From Octopus vulgaris (Eukaryota): a DNA stretch of 64,000 nucleotides. Every line of letters starts with the position of its first letter. Position 1 is the first letter of the stretch. Positions 13,395 to 27,417 of the stretch are shown in pieces. Below the pieces are notes generated by a model. The model worked only from the letters and a program-made list of their open reading frames with translations. It did not search any database and was not told where the DNA came from. The stretch covers positions 23,994,001 through 24,058,000 of the forward strand of contig OX597817.1 in the NCBI GenBank assembly GCA_951406725.2, written 5' to 3'. The position numbers were made by a program, and so were the translations under genes.

Positions 13395-13570
13395 AATATA
13401 TATACATATATACGACAAGCTTCTTTCAGTTTCCGTCTACCAAATCCACTCACAAGGCATTGGTCGGCCCGGGGCTATAGCAGAAGACACTTGCCCAAGG
13501 TGCCATGCAGTGGGACTGAACCCGGAACCATGTGGCTGGTAAACAAGCTACTTACCACACAGCCACTCCT
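13145..13570 (-). mobile_element. SINE family C
   Basis: Matches the other family C copies. Abuts a (GGT)n/(GAT)n tract at 13571-13730. Confidence 0.92.
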
Positions 13571-13878
13571 TTGTGGTTGTGGTGGTGGTGTTGGTTGTGG
13601 TTGTGGTGGTGGTGGTGGTGGTGGTGGTGGTGGTGACGTCGACGACGACGATGGTGATGATGATGATGATGAAGATGATGGTAACGATGATTGCAACGAT
13701 GTTGATTGTAGTGATGGTGATCATGATGATGATATACGAGTAAGTAGAGAAGCTGCTTATACTGGTATGATATTTGGTTTATATTCCATACAGTTTATAT
13801 ATGTCTTGTATAGCATTTAATCTGAGTTACTTCATAATAAACAACACAATCAAAGACTACACAGCCCCTTGTATACCT

Positions 13879-14100
13879 ATTTCTTTACTACCCACAAGGG
13901 GCTAAACACAGAGAGGACAAACAAGGACAGACAAACGGATTAAGTCGATTACATCGACCCCAGTGCGTAACTGGTACTTATTTAATCGACCCCGAAAGGC
14001 GAAGTCGACCTCGGCGGAATTTGAACTCAGAACGTAACGTAGACGAAATACGGCTACGCATTTCGCCCGGCATGCTAACGTTTCTGCCAGCTCGCCGCCT
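13879..14100 (-). mobile_element. SINE family D (head GGCGGCGAGCTGGCAGAAACGTTAGC, B box GAGTTCAAATTCC)
   Basis: Matches copies at 19110, 29326, 37070 and 62468. Diverged flanking duplication ACAGCCCCTTGTATACCTATT / ATAACCCCTTATATTTCTATT. Confidence 0.9.
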
Positions 14101-14900
14101 ATAACCCCTTATATTTCTATTTATTTTTCAATTTGATTCACAAAAACTATTAAGGTTATTAATTAAATATTCAAATCTAGAATAATGTGCACAGAGAGGT
14201 GCGCACGTGTGCATACAAACATAGAAGCGAACGAAGAACCCTTTATGTGGCCATCTGATTTACTAGAAATAACAGTCAAATCTCCTTCCTAGCATATTAT
14301 ACCAACTACAGATTTAGAAAAGAGATATTTATTAATAATGGCTTGGATATACTGTCCCACTGGAATGATGAAAAAAACAAACAGCAATAATAATAATTTT
14401 CTCTTCTAGAAAAATAAATATGTATTATGTATGTATGTATGTATGTATGTATGTATAGAGATAGACATAGACAGACAGACAAATGAATAGATACACATAC
14501 ATACATGCAAATATATATATATATACACACTCACATGAATTATACACAACACACACACACGCGCACACACAGATATATAGCTAAAAAGTAAAGTTGGAAA
14601 CTGCACGAAGTTATGTCTAGAGATTGTTTATATATATATGCGTATGTTACATTTAGTGATTTTTATAAAATATTTCCAGTTTCGATGCAGCAAATGAGAT
14701 TATATCATTTTCATTTAAACGTATTTGAGGTAGCACCAATACACAAACATTTTCAAGTGCATGTACGGAACATTTATATACAACATTCTTTATAAGGCAA
14801 TATTCATCAAGTAGACACAGGGAACTATTCCTAAAATTGCAAAGTTCATTTACTCGATTGGATGGATTTGGGCTGCTGCTTACTGTTATGTGTGATTATT

Positions 14901-15288
14901 GGATGGAAGCACTCCGTCGGTTACGACGATGAGGGTTCCGGTTGATCCGAATCAACGGAACAGCCTGCTCGTGAAATTAACGTGTAAGTGGCTGAGCATT
15001 CCACAGACACTTGTACCCTTAACGTAGTTCTCGGGGATATTCAGCGTGACACAGAGAGTGACTAGGCCGGCCCTTTGAAATACAGGTAAAACAGAAACAG
15101 GAAGTAAGAGTGAGAGAAAGTTGTGGTGAAAGAGTACAGCAGGGATCACCACCATCCCCTGCCGGAGCCTCGTGGAGCTTTAGGTGTTTTCGCTCAATAA
15201 ACACTCACAACGCCCGATCTGGGAATCGAAACCGAGATCCTATGACCGCGAGTCCGCTGCCCTAACCACTGGGCCATTGCGCCTCCAC
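14901..15288 (-). mobile_element. tRNA-derived SINE, head B + tail X, full length
   Basis: A box TGGCCCAGTGG and B box GGTTTCGATTCCC. 10-bp TSD TGTGATTATT at 14891-14900 and 15289-15298. Confidence 0.93.
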
Positions 15289-15830
15289 TGTGATTATTAG
15301 ATATCGGTGGATTAAAGCTATTATTCCAGGGTTTATATCATTAGAAGATAGGCAATTTAGTATCTTACTTTTGAATCTAACTATGTAATGGGAAATATCA
15401 TGTGTTGTAGAGTAAGCTAGTTTCACAGACTATCTGTTAAATAACTTGTGATACGAGCTAGATGCAAGGAAATGCTTGTATAAAGCTTTATCTGAATACT
15501 AGATGAAACCACACCACGCGTCTTTTACGAACGTCATCTACAAATTTTATTTCTACTCATAATAGTTCAAGTCGCGTTATAGGTAAGGAGATTAATATTC
15601 GCTTTATATTCATTAGTTAAATATTACATATCTCCACATTAAGGATTGATTGGTACCATAGTATTAATATATTTTGACCTAAACGTTTTTATATTATCAT
15701 CCCTGTGATTATTATGACAGTCAAACGCATTCATTGTGTTCTCTGTACTTGGGCTATTATTTTTTTTATCTAGCTAGCTTATTGTTTCACAATTTCTACA
15801 TTTAGTTTAAATATATTATTAATATTATTA

Positions 15831-15900
<70 letters not shown>

Positions 15901-16299
15901 CTGTGGAGAACGTCGAACGTGTTTTTGAATGCTCGAATTCAGTCTTCAGTGTATTCATTGTATACACTCGTTTCGTGCAGTATTCTGTTTGGAATTTTTG
16001 ATCTAATTTGTTATTGAAAACTTCAGAAACATGTTATTGGGCTTTCTGTAGTTGTTTGGCTCCGTAAGACGTAATATTGTGCCCTCCAGAATATCGCTCG
16101 AGAGGCATTGAAAAACAACAATTTCATCAAATTTCACCTGCTACAGCCCCTTGTTGTTGGGGTGTGTGCAGCATTGTGTGTTCTTTTCTGCTGTTGGAAG
16201 TGTGCGAACTCTTCCCGTACTGCATTGTTAACTTTTTTCCTTGAAGTGTGGTGCTGTCTTTTCTTGTATTACTTCTTGTATTGTGAGTTGAGTTTGTAA

Positions 16300-17870
16300 T
16301 GCATTGGTTTCCTAGCTTTATGGTGGAAGTTTATTTCATTGGGTAAATGCTGTATAGAGTGTGTCTTGTATTTGTGGGTTGCTTTGTTTAAGTTGTATTA
16401 TTGGATTGATAGTGTCTTGCGTAGGATATGGGTTGTTCATAGCAGGACTTTTTTGGACAGTTTGTAGTGTTGAGGCTCCAGGTATAGCTTCTACATTTTT
16501 GTTCATATGATCTTTTATCATGCCCAATGTTCCAATTATTATTGGTACTCTTTTTACCTTCGTGCCCCACATTTTGAATAATTCAATTTTCCAACTTCTT
16601 TTTTGACAATATTTTGATCAGAAGGGACTGCAATGGCTATCAATCAGTAAGCAATTGTTTTTTTCCCCATTCCTTGACTATTATGTCTAGGCAATTAGCT
16701 TTTATTTCTTTGCTGTTATTCCATGACGTTGGCATTGTTTCTAGTGCATATAGATCCTAACTTTGTCGTGACTGTAAATATATTCCTTCATAGCCAGGAG
16801 TCGACAGCCATAGAGAATCCGATTTATTGTTTCTTCTCCATCACCACATATTCTGTAGTTACTTGTGTTTATTTTGATTATGTGTTTTTGGTGACTTCTA
16901 GTGGGAAGGCTTTGATCTTGTGCTTTGAGTCCTGAGCTTCTCAGCCATTGTTGTGATTTTCCTTCGTCTATTTCTTTTCTGTTTAGCCTAACACAATATT
17001 TGCCATGAAGGGGCTTTTCTTGACATCGTTTTTCATGATACGTTACTGTTTCAGTTTTAGTTTGGATTTAATTTGTTTTACAGCTTTTGTTGTTTCTATT
17101 TTTCCTTCATAGCTGTTAGGTACTATGACTTTTTTGTATTTATTAGCTTCCTTGAAGACAGAAACAGTTTTTTGTTTTGTTCATGTTTTGTGGCAATTTG
17201 TATTAGCTTTCCTTGCTTCTGAAGTAATTATTTCTGCAATCATATGGTAATTATTTTGTAATAGTTTTCTAGCTGTATTAGGCTTCAACCACCATCGAAA
17301 CGTTGTATATATAGCCTTACTGCCTCAAATTTTGCATGGTGCATCTTAAATCCTGCCATTATTTTTTACTTGTTTCTCTGTCTATTTTGATTAGTTCATT
17401 TAGAGTCTAGATAAGAAAATCGCAGATATAACTTATAACTGGGATGGCTACAGTGTTGATCCCAATTATCTTGTTTTTCGCATTGAGCTCTATTTTAAAT
17501 ATTAATCTAACTCGTCTACAGTATTTCTTTCTTGTCTTCTTTTAAATTTTTATGTGTCGTATCGTATCTAGTTCATTGATTCCTAAGTATTTGTATGTCT
17601 GCCTTTGGTTAAATTTTCTTATTTCATTCGCTTTATCTAGTGCGATGTTGTTATACTTAACTAGTTTTCCTTTTTTCAGAGTTGCTTTAGCACATTTTTC
17701 TAGCCAAATTTCATGTTTATATCTTTGGTAAATCCATGTACTGTCTATAGCAATGTTTCCAATTGTTTATCATTTGTAGCATATAATTCTAGATCATCTA
17801 TATACAGGAGATGGTTGGGTGCTTTCCCGTAACAGTTGTATCCACATCCAGTTCTTTTTCGCGTATCAGA
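16300..17870 (-). pseudogene. Degenerate R4/Dong-clade non-LTR retrotransposon (RT C-terminal half to restriction-like endonuclease)
   Basis: Minus-strand translation gives PNHLLYIDDLELYATNDKQ (YxDD at 17793-17804), YKYLGI, IAVPSD and MWGTKVKRVPIIIGTLGMIK. Multiple stops and frameshifts. Confidence 0.85.
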
Positions 17871-17934
17871 TGATGATGAAGATGATAATAATAATAATAT
17901 GGCTTCTCATCTCAACTGATTGGAAGTGTTATCA

Positions 17935-18457
17935 GGCAGTGGCTTTCATGGCTTCGCATCTTAACTGATTGGAATTTTTATCATGTACATTATTTTATCT
18001 TGGAATAAAAGATGGGCTACAGCAAATATTCTGCTCAAAACCAGAAATTTGCTTGTCAGTTGTTTGACCTTAACCAGTTGAGCATGTCCCTTATTGATTG
18101 ACGATATGTGCATCTCAGAGCACGAGCAGAAGTAGTGGGTGAGCATCATAGCCATGTGTTGAGAGGAATTCTTTGGGGTTTGGATAATTCACCTCTGGAA
18201 ACATGGGTGTTTCGTTTAACATCCTTAAACAATACTTATTCAGGGACCTTTTGAGCAGGAGGGCTACGTGACCCGAAGAAACTTCTTACTGGGCCCCACC
18301 TGCATGGTCATGCGCTGTTAATCTTGATATGAGATCACCATGTCGCGCACATATGGTTGTGATGCATGTGTTCGGTGTACCTTTATCAGACGGGTGGTCA
18401 TGATGGGTATACTGAGCTTCGTATATTTTACCCCAGTATCACTTTGATGGCATGCAC
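17935..18457 (-). mobile_element. Near-complete copy of a ~0.55-0.6-kb non-autonomous retroelement (family E)
   Basis: 18173-18457 is the reverse complement of 18959-19733 once the SINE inserts are removed. Its 3' end recurs at 18460-18600 and 57223-57368. Confidence 0.8.
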
Positions 18458-18459
18458 AG

Positions 18460-18940
18460 GGCTTTTCATCTTAACTGATTAGAAGTGTTATCATGTACAT
18501 TGTTTTGTCTTGGTATAAAAGACGAGCTACAGCAAATATTCTGCTCAATAATACAGATTTGCTTGTCAGTTGTTTGACCTTAACCAGTTCAGCATGCCCT
18601 TTTGGAAAAATCTAGGGCATTCGTTTGTGATATGGGTCATGGTTTCATCCACTCTATTACAGATACGGCACAGTGGAGTCACTAGCTCATTCCTCAGGTT
18701 GACCTTCCAGTTCGTGACCAGAGCTTGGTCCTGCGCTGCCAGTATATCGCTCTCGGTCTAGTTTTTGTGGCTACCTGGAATTGATTCTGTAGTTCCCTTT
18801 TGCTTAATTCTTCTTCGTGTCCTTTTTTACTTCTTTGCTTTCCGTTTTTCTCTGCCCTCAGTACTCCCTTGTTCCTAACTGTCACTAACAAAGTTTCCTT
18901 ACTTTGGGCTAGGTATCTCGTTAAGCTCTTTTCTTGTTAT
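18460..18940 (-). pseudogene. R4-clade LINE fragment with CCHC zinc knuckle, joined to a family E 3' end
   Basis: Translation TESDILAAQDQALVTNWKVNLRNELVTPLCRICNRVDETMTHITNECP (~18610-18757). Confidence 0.85.
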
Positions 18941-18944
18941 TATT

Positions 18945-19733
18945 GAGTGAGAGAGCAGTGCATGACATCAAAGTGACACCGGGGTAAAATATACGAAGTC
19001 CAGTATACCCATCATGACTACCCGTCTCATAACAGTACGCCAGTAAGGCAGTGAGCTAGCAGAACCGTTAGCGCGCCTGGCGAAATACTTAGCGGTATTT
19101 CGTTTGCCGAGTTGGCAGAAACGTTAGCACGCCGGGCGAGATGCGTAGCCGTATTTCGTCTAGCGCTACGTTCTGAGTTCAAATTCCGCCGAGGTAGACT
19201 TTGCCTTTCATCCTTTCGGGGTCGATAGATTAAGTACCAGTTACGCACTGGGGTGGATATAATCGACTTAATCCGTTTGTCTGTCCTTGTTTGTCCTCTC
19301 TGTGTTTAGCCCCTTGTGGGTAGTAAAGAAATAGAAATAGGTATTTCGTTTGCCGTTACGTTCTGAGTGCAAATTCCACCGAAGTCGACTTTGCCTCTCA
19401 TCCTAAGGGGTCGATAAATTAAGTACCAGCTACGCACTGGGGTCAATGTAATCGACTTAATTCCTTTGCCTGTCCTTGTTTATCCCCTCTATGTTTAGCC
19501 CCTTGTGGGCAATAAAGAAATAAGAGTACACCAGGCACATGCATCACAACCATATGTGCGCGACATTGTGATCTCATATCAAGATTAACAGCGCTTGACC
19601 TTGAAGGTGAGGCCCAGATAGAATTTTCCTCAAGTGAGTAGCTCATCCCACTCAAAAGGTCCCTGAATAAGTATTGTTTAAGGACGTTATACGAAAGACC
19701 CACGTTTCCAGAGGTGAATTATCCAAACCCCAA
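18945..19733 (+). mobile_element. Family E 5' half carrying nested SINE D insertions
   Basis: Inverted match to 18173-18457. Interrupted at a 14-bp TSD TAACAGTACGCCAG / TAAGAGTACACCAG (19030-19043, 19521-19534). Confidence 0.8.
19044..19520 (+). mobile_element. SINE family D (outer copy) containing a second family D copy at 19110-19339
   Basis: Inner copy flanked by a perfect 16-bp TSD GGTATTTCGTTTGCCG (19094-19109, 19340-19355). Confidence 0.9.
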
Positions 19734-20224
19734 TGTTGTAGAGAAGTAGTAACAATTGATAACAAAGTAAGAGAATTTTCTACTTCTCTTAGTATTAGGA
19801 TCAATAAACGACTTGATAACATTGAATGTGTAAGATCATAAACTGAGGAAATATTCAGTAGTAAACATTGAAATCAGGAATTCTTTTACTTTTTCTTACT
19901 TATTCTGATTTTGTAGGGTATATCAAGTGTACAGAGCGGTTAGAAGAGAAATTTCGTTTACGTACATGAGATTGATTCTTGGGTATTTAGATGAAAAGTG
20001 ATCAATTGCATCAGCAAGATTAAGAGAGTTTACAATGCTCTAAGAATATTATTGTTAATTAAGTTAGATTTAGGTGCGTAGAGCAATCCTTGCACAGTTC
20101 CTTCAGTATCAGGTATTTGTAATGGCTAATCAAATCAGTATAAGTTCGTCGTTTTATCGGCAGATACTCGAATTCTAGGTGTATTTCTCAGGTGATGAAG
20201 TAGATCATTAAGTCTTTTTAGATA

Positions 20225-20624
20225 CTCTTTACTCTTTTACTTGTTTCAGTCATTTGACTGCGGCCATGCTGGAGCACCGCCTTTAATCGAGCAACTCGAC
20301 ACCGGGACTTATTCTTTTGTAAGCCCAGTACTTATTCTATCGGTCTCTTTTGCCGAACCGCTAAGTAACGGGGACATAAACACACCAGCATCGGTTGTCA
20401 AGCAATGCTAGGGGGACAAACTCAGACACACAAACACACACGCGCATATATATACATATATACGACGGGCTTCTTTCAGTTTCCATCTACCAAATCCACT
20501 CACAAGGCTTTGGTCGGCCCGAGGTTATAGTAGAAGACACTTGCCCAAGGTGCCACGCATTGGGACTGAACCCGTAACCATGTGGTTGGTAAACAAGCTA
20601 CTTACCACACAGCCACTCCTGTGC
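20225..20624 (-). mobile_element. SINE family C
   Basis: Matches the other family C copies. Confidence 0.92.
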
Positions 20625-21113
20625 ACTGTATTCGAAGATGTTCCGTTTAAATTTCAGCTTTCGGACCATATTACCATGTTAATTAAATCCCGTTTCACGT
20701 CAACCAGATGGAGGTTATGCGGCCTGTTTTTCTGAGATTTAAATCCCCATTTCAACTAACCGTTATCATTCTGTTCCACTGTTTTATTTCAGTGATAAAA
20801 GTGGTATGCCTTCCATCTAAGTCTACATATGAGTTAATGTTCTGCATAAGGACCTCAGTGAGTTCCCTACGTTATGATCTTATTCTCTATAAGGTTTATT
20901 CATTGAAATAATACGGGATGGTTGACCAAATCTTTCGAAAGCAAATATTTAAGTTATACCACTAGGTATTTTGTAAATAGCGAGCAATAATATAAATGGT
21001 CGACTGAATTAAGTATAGAGATCGATATGATTGACTAAAGCTCTTAAATCCGGTACTCCAGTATTTCTGTAGTCTAGGGACTGAAACGAGTAAACAAAGG
21101 AATACAAATCCAC

Positions 21114-21552
<439 letters not shown>

Positions 21553-23248
21553 GTTCCCGTAAATAGCTAATACTCAACTGGCATACAAGAAAAATATAGA
21601 ATGGCGAGAGATATGCTGATTCACATATACACTCAAATACATATGCAGATAATTAGAGATGAACAGAATTTGATATGAATCTACTTGTTTTTTGAGTGTG
21701 TGAAATAATTTTATTAGATGTATACGTAGGATGTAAGATGATGAATGTGATCGTGCAATGGCCACCAGTTGTAGGAGATATAAAAGCAATGCGTCAGGAA
21801 TTGTATGTGATGAATGTTAGGTTAGAGCTATAGTGGAAAATAGAAGTAAAAGGAAACTAGTTGGTTATTTATTTGCTTCCAAAGGCATTTTGTTTATAAA
21901 GGTCATGCGTGTAGTCTCTTCACTTCCGACAAGTTAATTAAAATAAAATGTTTACATTAGTTTAACGTTGTTGTTTATCCAAGTTCAGCCCTATTCAAGC
22001 TGATCTATGATCGTAGGCGTCTTTTCTGTGACAGCCATTTTTTCCCCCCTTTCAGATGACTCTATAAACAACGTCATGCCCAAAATATCAAATACACATA
22101 GAGTTTTACATTTATTATTCCCACCAACAAATATACAAATCAATATACAAACTCAAGCAATTGCTAACATTAATGCCCGTATGCTTACACGTAAACACGA
22201 ATAAAACGATGCATGCTTTCACACACGCAAACATCTAAATATACTGAAATTCAGAGATTTTGGGGGTAATGTTCATCAGTTTAAGGACGTGGCTGTCGTC
22301 CAGTCCCATGTGAACCTTGATTTAGTTGATCTATTATAAAATAATTTCTTTTATCGCACACGATATCTATACAACTACATTTTCTAGTCTATCGTTTCTT
22401 TGACTGCTTATTATTAAAGGTTTAGTTATCCGATACAGGCTTCCTTGTTGGCTCCGTGAAATTGACCATAAGATCAGTAATTCTTAAGCTATGAGTCGTT
22501 ATAAGTCACAGAAGATAAGTCACATTAGATGTATCTGAGTTCGTGAAAACTTTCACGAAGAATACTAAAATTTGTGTTATGTATTAAAGTACTTTATATG
22601 TGTTTAAAATATGCATTTAAGGTATAAATATTTGCTTATAAAGTACAAAATGTGAGCATGGAAAGCAAACTAAACAACCGGGCATAATTTAACGGATTAC
22701 ATTTGTTCTCTTCTTATTCAGCCTTTGTGATACACTCACATTTCACATGGAGAGATCCGAAACTTAAAGGCTACCATATACTATAAAAATATTTGTCGAT
22801 GGTACAACAGAGCGTTTAGAAACAACAAAGTTCTATATTTTGTTATAAATGATAATTTTTGTAAGTTTAATATAATGATTTTCGGATTCTAAAGAGGTTT
22901 TTCGATTCTTTGATATTGTGTATCATTACACAAGGCCTTAACTGTTGTACGCTTAGGCGTATATTAAAGAGAAGAAAGCGTTTGTGTGAATGGTGTTCAT
23001 GCGAATAATATTTACAGCTACGATTTTAAAATCTTGATGTGGAAATATATTATGTGTATAATCAGAAGACTCTTGCAATTCAAAGCATATGTTGAGATTA
23101 CTTAATCACGACAGGAATGTAATATATTCGTTGTCAACAAATAGAGGTACAGTTTCCAGGATAATTTTATATTATATATCCTTAGTTCGATAAATATAAA
23201 AGCAAGCTTATTTGGTTCCCCTAATAGTTGCAGCTATTACAAAGGGTG

Positions 23249-24381
23249 TCGTTTAGATCCCTTTTTTGTTTTGCTGTCCTGCTTGACCGCCAGGGTTCAC
23301 TACATAACTCCCTCCTCAGACGAGAAGGAGATAAGCAAAATCACTGTAGTGGTCCAGGGAAGATACGAAGCAAAACGAGGTAGCAGAAATATGTGCTTGC
23401 AAACCAAGTTGTAAAAATAGGAGAAAATCAATACATGCATATGCTAGGTACTGAATATAATAGCAGAGTTTGATGCAGCTACACAGCTATGCACATCAAA
23501 CTAAATGCAAAACATGGCAATATGAAAAATTCAATGGGAAACGTGCATGGGGAAAATGTTTTTGAACAAAAGTTCTTTTCTAAAAGAAATAGCAAACAGT
23601 TTGTTTTATAACACTGAGTTAAATATACATAGTTCTCGATAATTTTTGTGGCCAATGTACTGTTCTGCCACTTCTTATGATATAAGATTTAGAGGTATTT
23701 TGTGTTTGCGGTGCATGTTGTGGTGGTGGTGGTGAAGGAGTGAATATGCGTGGTATGTCAGGTTCTGAAATGAGATTTTCTGAGAAGCCATTTTTTAAAT
23801 TCTGTCAATGGATATTGCTTCCTTTCGGCCATTAACGTCGACTATGAAGTTTTTTTGGTGAGTGCGACAGTACACGATAATGTCCAGAATAAGGTGATGT
23901 AAGAGGTCCCTTTAACGGAATCGTTCCGAAAAGAAACATGTATCCACTCAGAGATGTCCGATGGGACAGCAGAAGAAATGGATTGGTCCTGCAGAGACAT
24001 TGGTGGAAGATTGGAGAGGGAAGAACGAAGTCTGTTAACGTATGATGTCGTATCAGAATCTGATGAATCAACTGGTGTGAACATTTGACCAGGAAGCATC
24101 AAGGTGGTGCCGTAAAGAAGTTCGGCTGAGGTGAAACCTAAATCTGTCTTAACAGCAGAACGGAAACCAAGAAGAACAATTAGTAGGAAATCGGTCCAAC
24201 GTTGCGGATCAGGAGTAGAGCAGCGCGTAGTACAGCTTTTAACTGTCTGTGGAATCGTTCGATCATTCCATTGGAAGCTGGGGGATAACTTGTATAAATT
24301 TTCGAGAGGGTCGAGGGAGATTACTCTCGTTGGATCCCTTTTTCGTTTTCCTTTCCTGCTTGACCGCTAAGGGTCACTATA
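23249..24381 (-). mobile_element. Internally deleted Gypsy/Ty3 LTR retrotransposon (integrase C-terminus, PPT, LTR starts)
   Basis: Translation SYPPASNGMIERFHRQLKAVL, WTDFLLIVLLGFRSAVKTDLGFTSAELLYGTTLMLPGQMF and KGPLTSPYSGHYRVL (GPY/F-like). PPT GAGGAGGGAG precedes TGTAGTG at 23304. ~55-bp direct repeat at 23249-23304 / 24327-24381. Confidence 0.85.
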
Positions 24382-25495
24382 AGTCTGTCACAGCAATTCA
24401 GCGTGAGTTTCGTTGCCACTTCAATTATCATAGAAATTAGGCTGTTCCTACCCGTAACGCAATCTTACGTTGGGTGAATGAACTTCGTACACGAGGTACA
24501 CTAATGAAAAAGAGACTGGTGGGGGTGCTACGAACGTTACGGACCCCGGAAAATGTGGAACGCGTTATACAAGCTTTGATACAGTGTCCGAATGCTCTAA
24601 TCGGGGACATTCCACTGAACTTGGCATCGGCAATCGATCGGTAAGGCATATTTTACATGAAGGCCTGCATTTTTACCCGTACAAATCGGTCATTAGGCAA
24701 CAGTTGAAACCATAGGACTATTCACAGCGGCTTAACTTTGCATGTCAGATGGAAGCAATTTTTTTGGCAAATGACAACTTCATTTTGTTAATGATTGGTG
24801 AAGCTCACTTTCATCTCAGTAGAATGAGGAATCAACAGAACTGTCGTTATTGGGCTCTTCTTGAAAATCCGAGAGAACTGCACGAAAGACCACTGCACAA
24901 CCGAAAAGTAACGGGTTGGTGTGCTGTTGGAAAAGCTGCTGTCATTGGTCCTTACTTCTTGAAGACAGTAATGTAAATGTTGTTACTGTGACCTCCGAGC
25001 GTTACATCGAGATGATAAACGTATGCCTATTCGACGTGTGTGGTTTGACCAGGATGGGGCGACGGCCCACACAGCCAAAGCATCAATGGGCGTTCTTCAC
25101 CCTCTCTTCGGTGACCGCCTCATTTCCAGGTTTGCTGACATTCCTTAACCCCATCGGTTCTCTGATTTGTCTATGTATGATTATTTCTTGTGGGGAAACC
25201 TCATGGCACATGTGTAAGCAGACAAGCCCCGTTCAATGGACGATTTGAAGGAAGCTATTAGAAGTTGCCCAAATCGACAGAGCAATGCTGGAGAGAGTGG
25301 ATGCCAACTTCCAAGAACCCCTACAGAAATGCATCAATGAAAACGGACACCACATGATGGATGTTGCTTTTTACACTTAAGTTTGACAAATGCTAATTCA
25401 ATACAAATACATTGATGTGAATAAAATTTTCTCGCAGCTAAAATTAAGGATTTTGTGAATTTTTCAAAAACGTCCGTCCTCTCTGCCCCACCCTG
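24382..25495 (+). pseudogene. Degenerate DD41D (rosa/VS-type) Tc1/mariner transposon, left end missing
   Basis: KSVTAIQREFRCHFN, GEAHFHLS..NQQNCRYWA..ENPRELHERPLH..KVTGWCAV..VIGPYF and WFDQDGATAHTA...YDYFLWG. I count 41 residues between the last two Asp positions. Right end ...CCCCACCCTG|TA. Confidence 0.88.
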
Positions 25496-25749
25496 TATAC
25501 CATATGATTTATTAGTTGAACAGGTTATGAAGTGAGATATTTCATAACATATATAAATAACTACAATATGGGGGTGAGAATTAATGGACAGTTAATTTTT
25601 CTTTTTCTTCATAGACAATTTCTAGTTTAGGGATCAAGAGAAAGGAGGGAAAATTCTAGAGTTGTACGTACAGCATAAGCTTACCTTGTGAAAATGTCTT
25701 ACAGTAGCCAATTTTAGTTTAAATGCTTTGCTTTTTTCTTACTTAGATT

Positions 25750-27370
25750 TGAAAATGCCGCATCATAGATAAATGGTTAAATCTGTCAAGAAAACTATAT
25801 AGAAAAATAAACAGAGCAGAAAACTGTGTTGAAGAAATATTTCGTGTAGAACCCAGGTATAGTAATGTGAATTGTAAAGCTAGTGAAACTGGAAAAACTA
25901 AATAGCACCACTCAGAAAAAAATACAGTATCACGAATCTGTTTTGCAATATGGATATAATTTTGCTCTAAGATATGATGAGTTCCGTCTAGTCTGCTTAA
26001 TTTGAAACGAATAGTTGATGAATGAGAGTATGAAGCCTGCGAAATGAATAAAAAAGCATATCCTGATATTAGACATGCTTTCTATGCAGACATATTTTTT
26101 ATCGTTTCTGAACGATTACTGAAATCTTTGAAAAATACAATAACAATATTTTGAATTACGTACAATATTTCGAGAAGAAGAAAAACCACTTAAGAACGTC
26201 ATACGATGACTCATATTAAACCAACAAATCTAAGAAACCATACATAATTGGCGAAGAACTTGTGTTGCCAGCGGCCAGCATAGAAATTGTTCATCTCCGT
26301 GGTTGGCGAAATATCAGTTCCACTGTCAAGCTATATGGTGTGTAAAAGAATTGCAAAAATTAGAAACAAACAATTTCTTCAACTTATTGAACGATTTGCG
26401 ATTCAGATGGACGAATCGATGACTTTACTAGTGTGACTAAACTACTGATTTTATCAGATATTAGCATGAAATGAATTCACACTAATACTTACTCTTTGTA
26501 AATATTAGATTGATATATAACTGGTGAAGTTATTTCCGTCAAAGTGGGCCGTTACTTTCATTTAATTAACAAAGTGACGCAGTATCAAAAATAGGAAGAA
26601 AAAAACTAAAGTATTGCTAGTTAACGTTAAATCTCAAGCAATGCACCTATTACGACTTCTTATTTCATGATTCCTCGAAATTTGTGGATTAAAAATATAA
26701 TTTTCCAAACTAGGTCCAGCAATACAAGGTGCCTTAAAATCTAGCATAGTCATTAAATGTCTACGATTGTGTTATGCATTGAATGTCTGTCTATCTGCAA
26801 TTGGATGCTAGCTTATGGGAGTCACATTCAGTCATTTATTGCATACAGAGGTGCGCCATTTTTCAAAGGAGCAGTAGACTTAAAAAGTAAGGTTATTTTT
26901 ATCAGAAGAAAAATCAAATCTCATAGAATGTTTTCAATTTGAGAACTATTAATTCTACTATTTATCAAACATTCGAGAACGTTAATGAGCATAATGCCTG
27001 TGCAAGGCTAAACCCAAGCGTTTTCAATTTTGAGGATAAATTTGATGCTTCTTGGAAAAAATAAACTTAAGGCAGACATTTATACAAAATTATAAATTTG
27101 AAATGTTTTCACTTCTGACGATTATTCCCTGTGAAAGATCCGTAAATATTCCTACCAAAGGTTGGCAAATGCAGATTAGACTGGGTTTAGATCCCATTCA
27201 TGTTAACTATAAAACAGGTAAAACACTTTTTATTTTTATTTTGAAGGGTCATGAACAATTCACAAAGACGGTATGCGATTTCGGCCTCAAACTAGCATTT
27301 TCAAAAACAGATTACAAGTTTTTCTTTCTTTCTTTCTTCCTTCCTTCATTTCTTTCTTTCTTTCTTTCTG

Positions 27371-27417
<47 letters not shown>

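Noticed and set aside
15910-15960. Hammerhead-like CUGAAGA-C-UGAAU/AUUCA-AAAA-CACGUU on the minus strand
   Set aside because: GAAA is mutated to AAAA and stem I does not pair. At most a dead relic.
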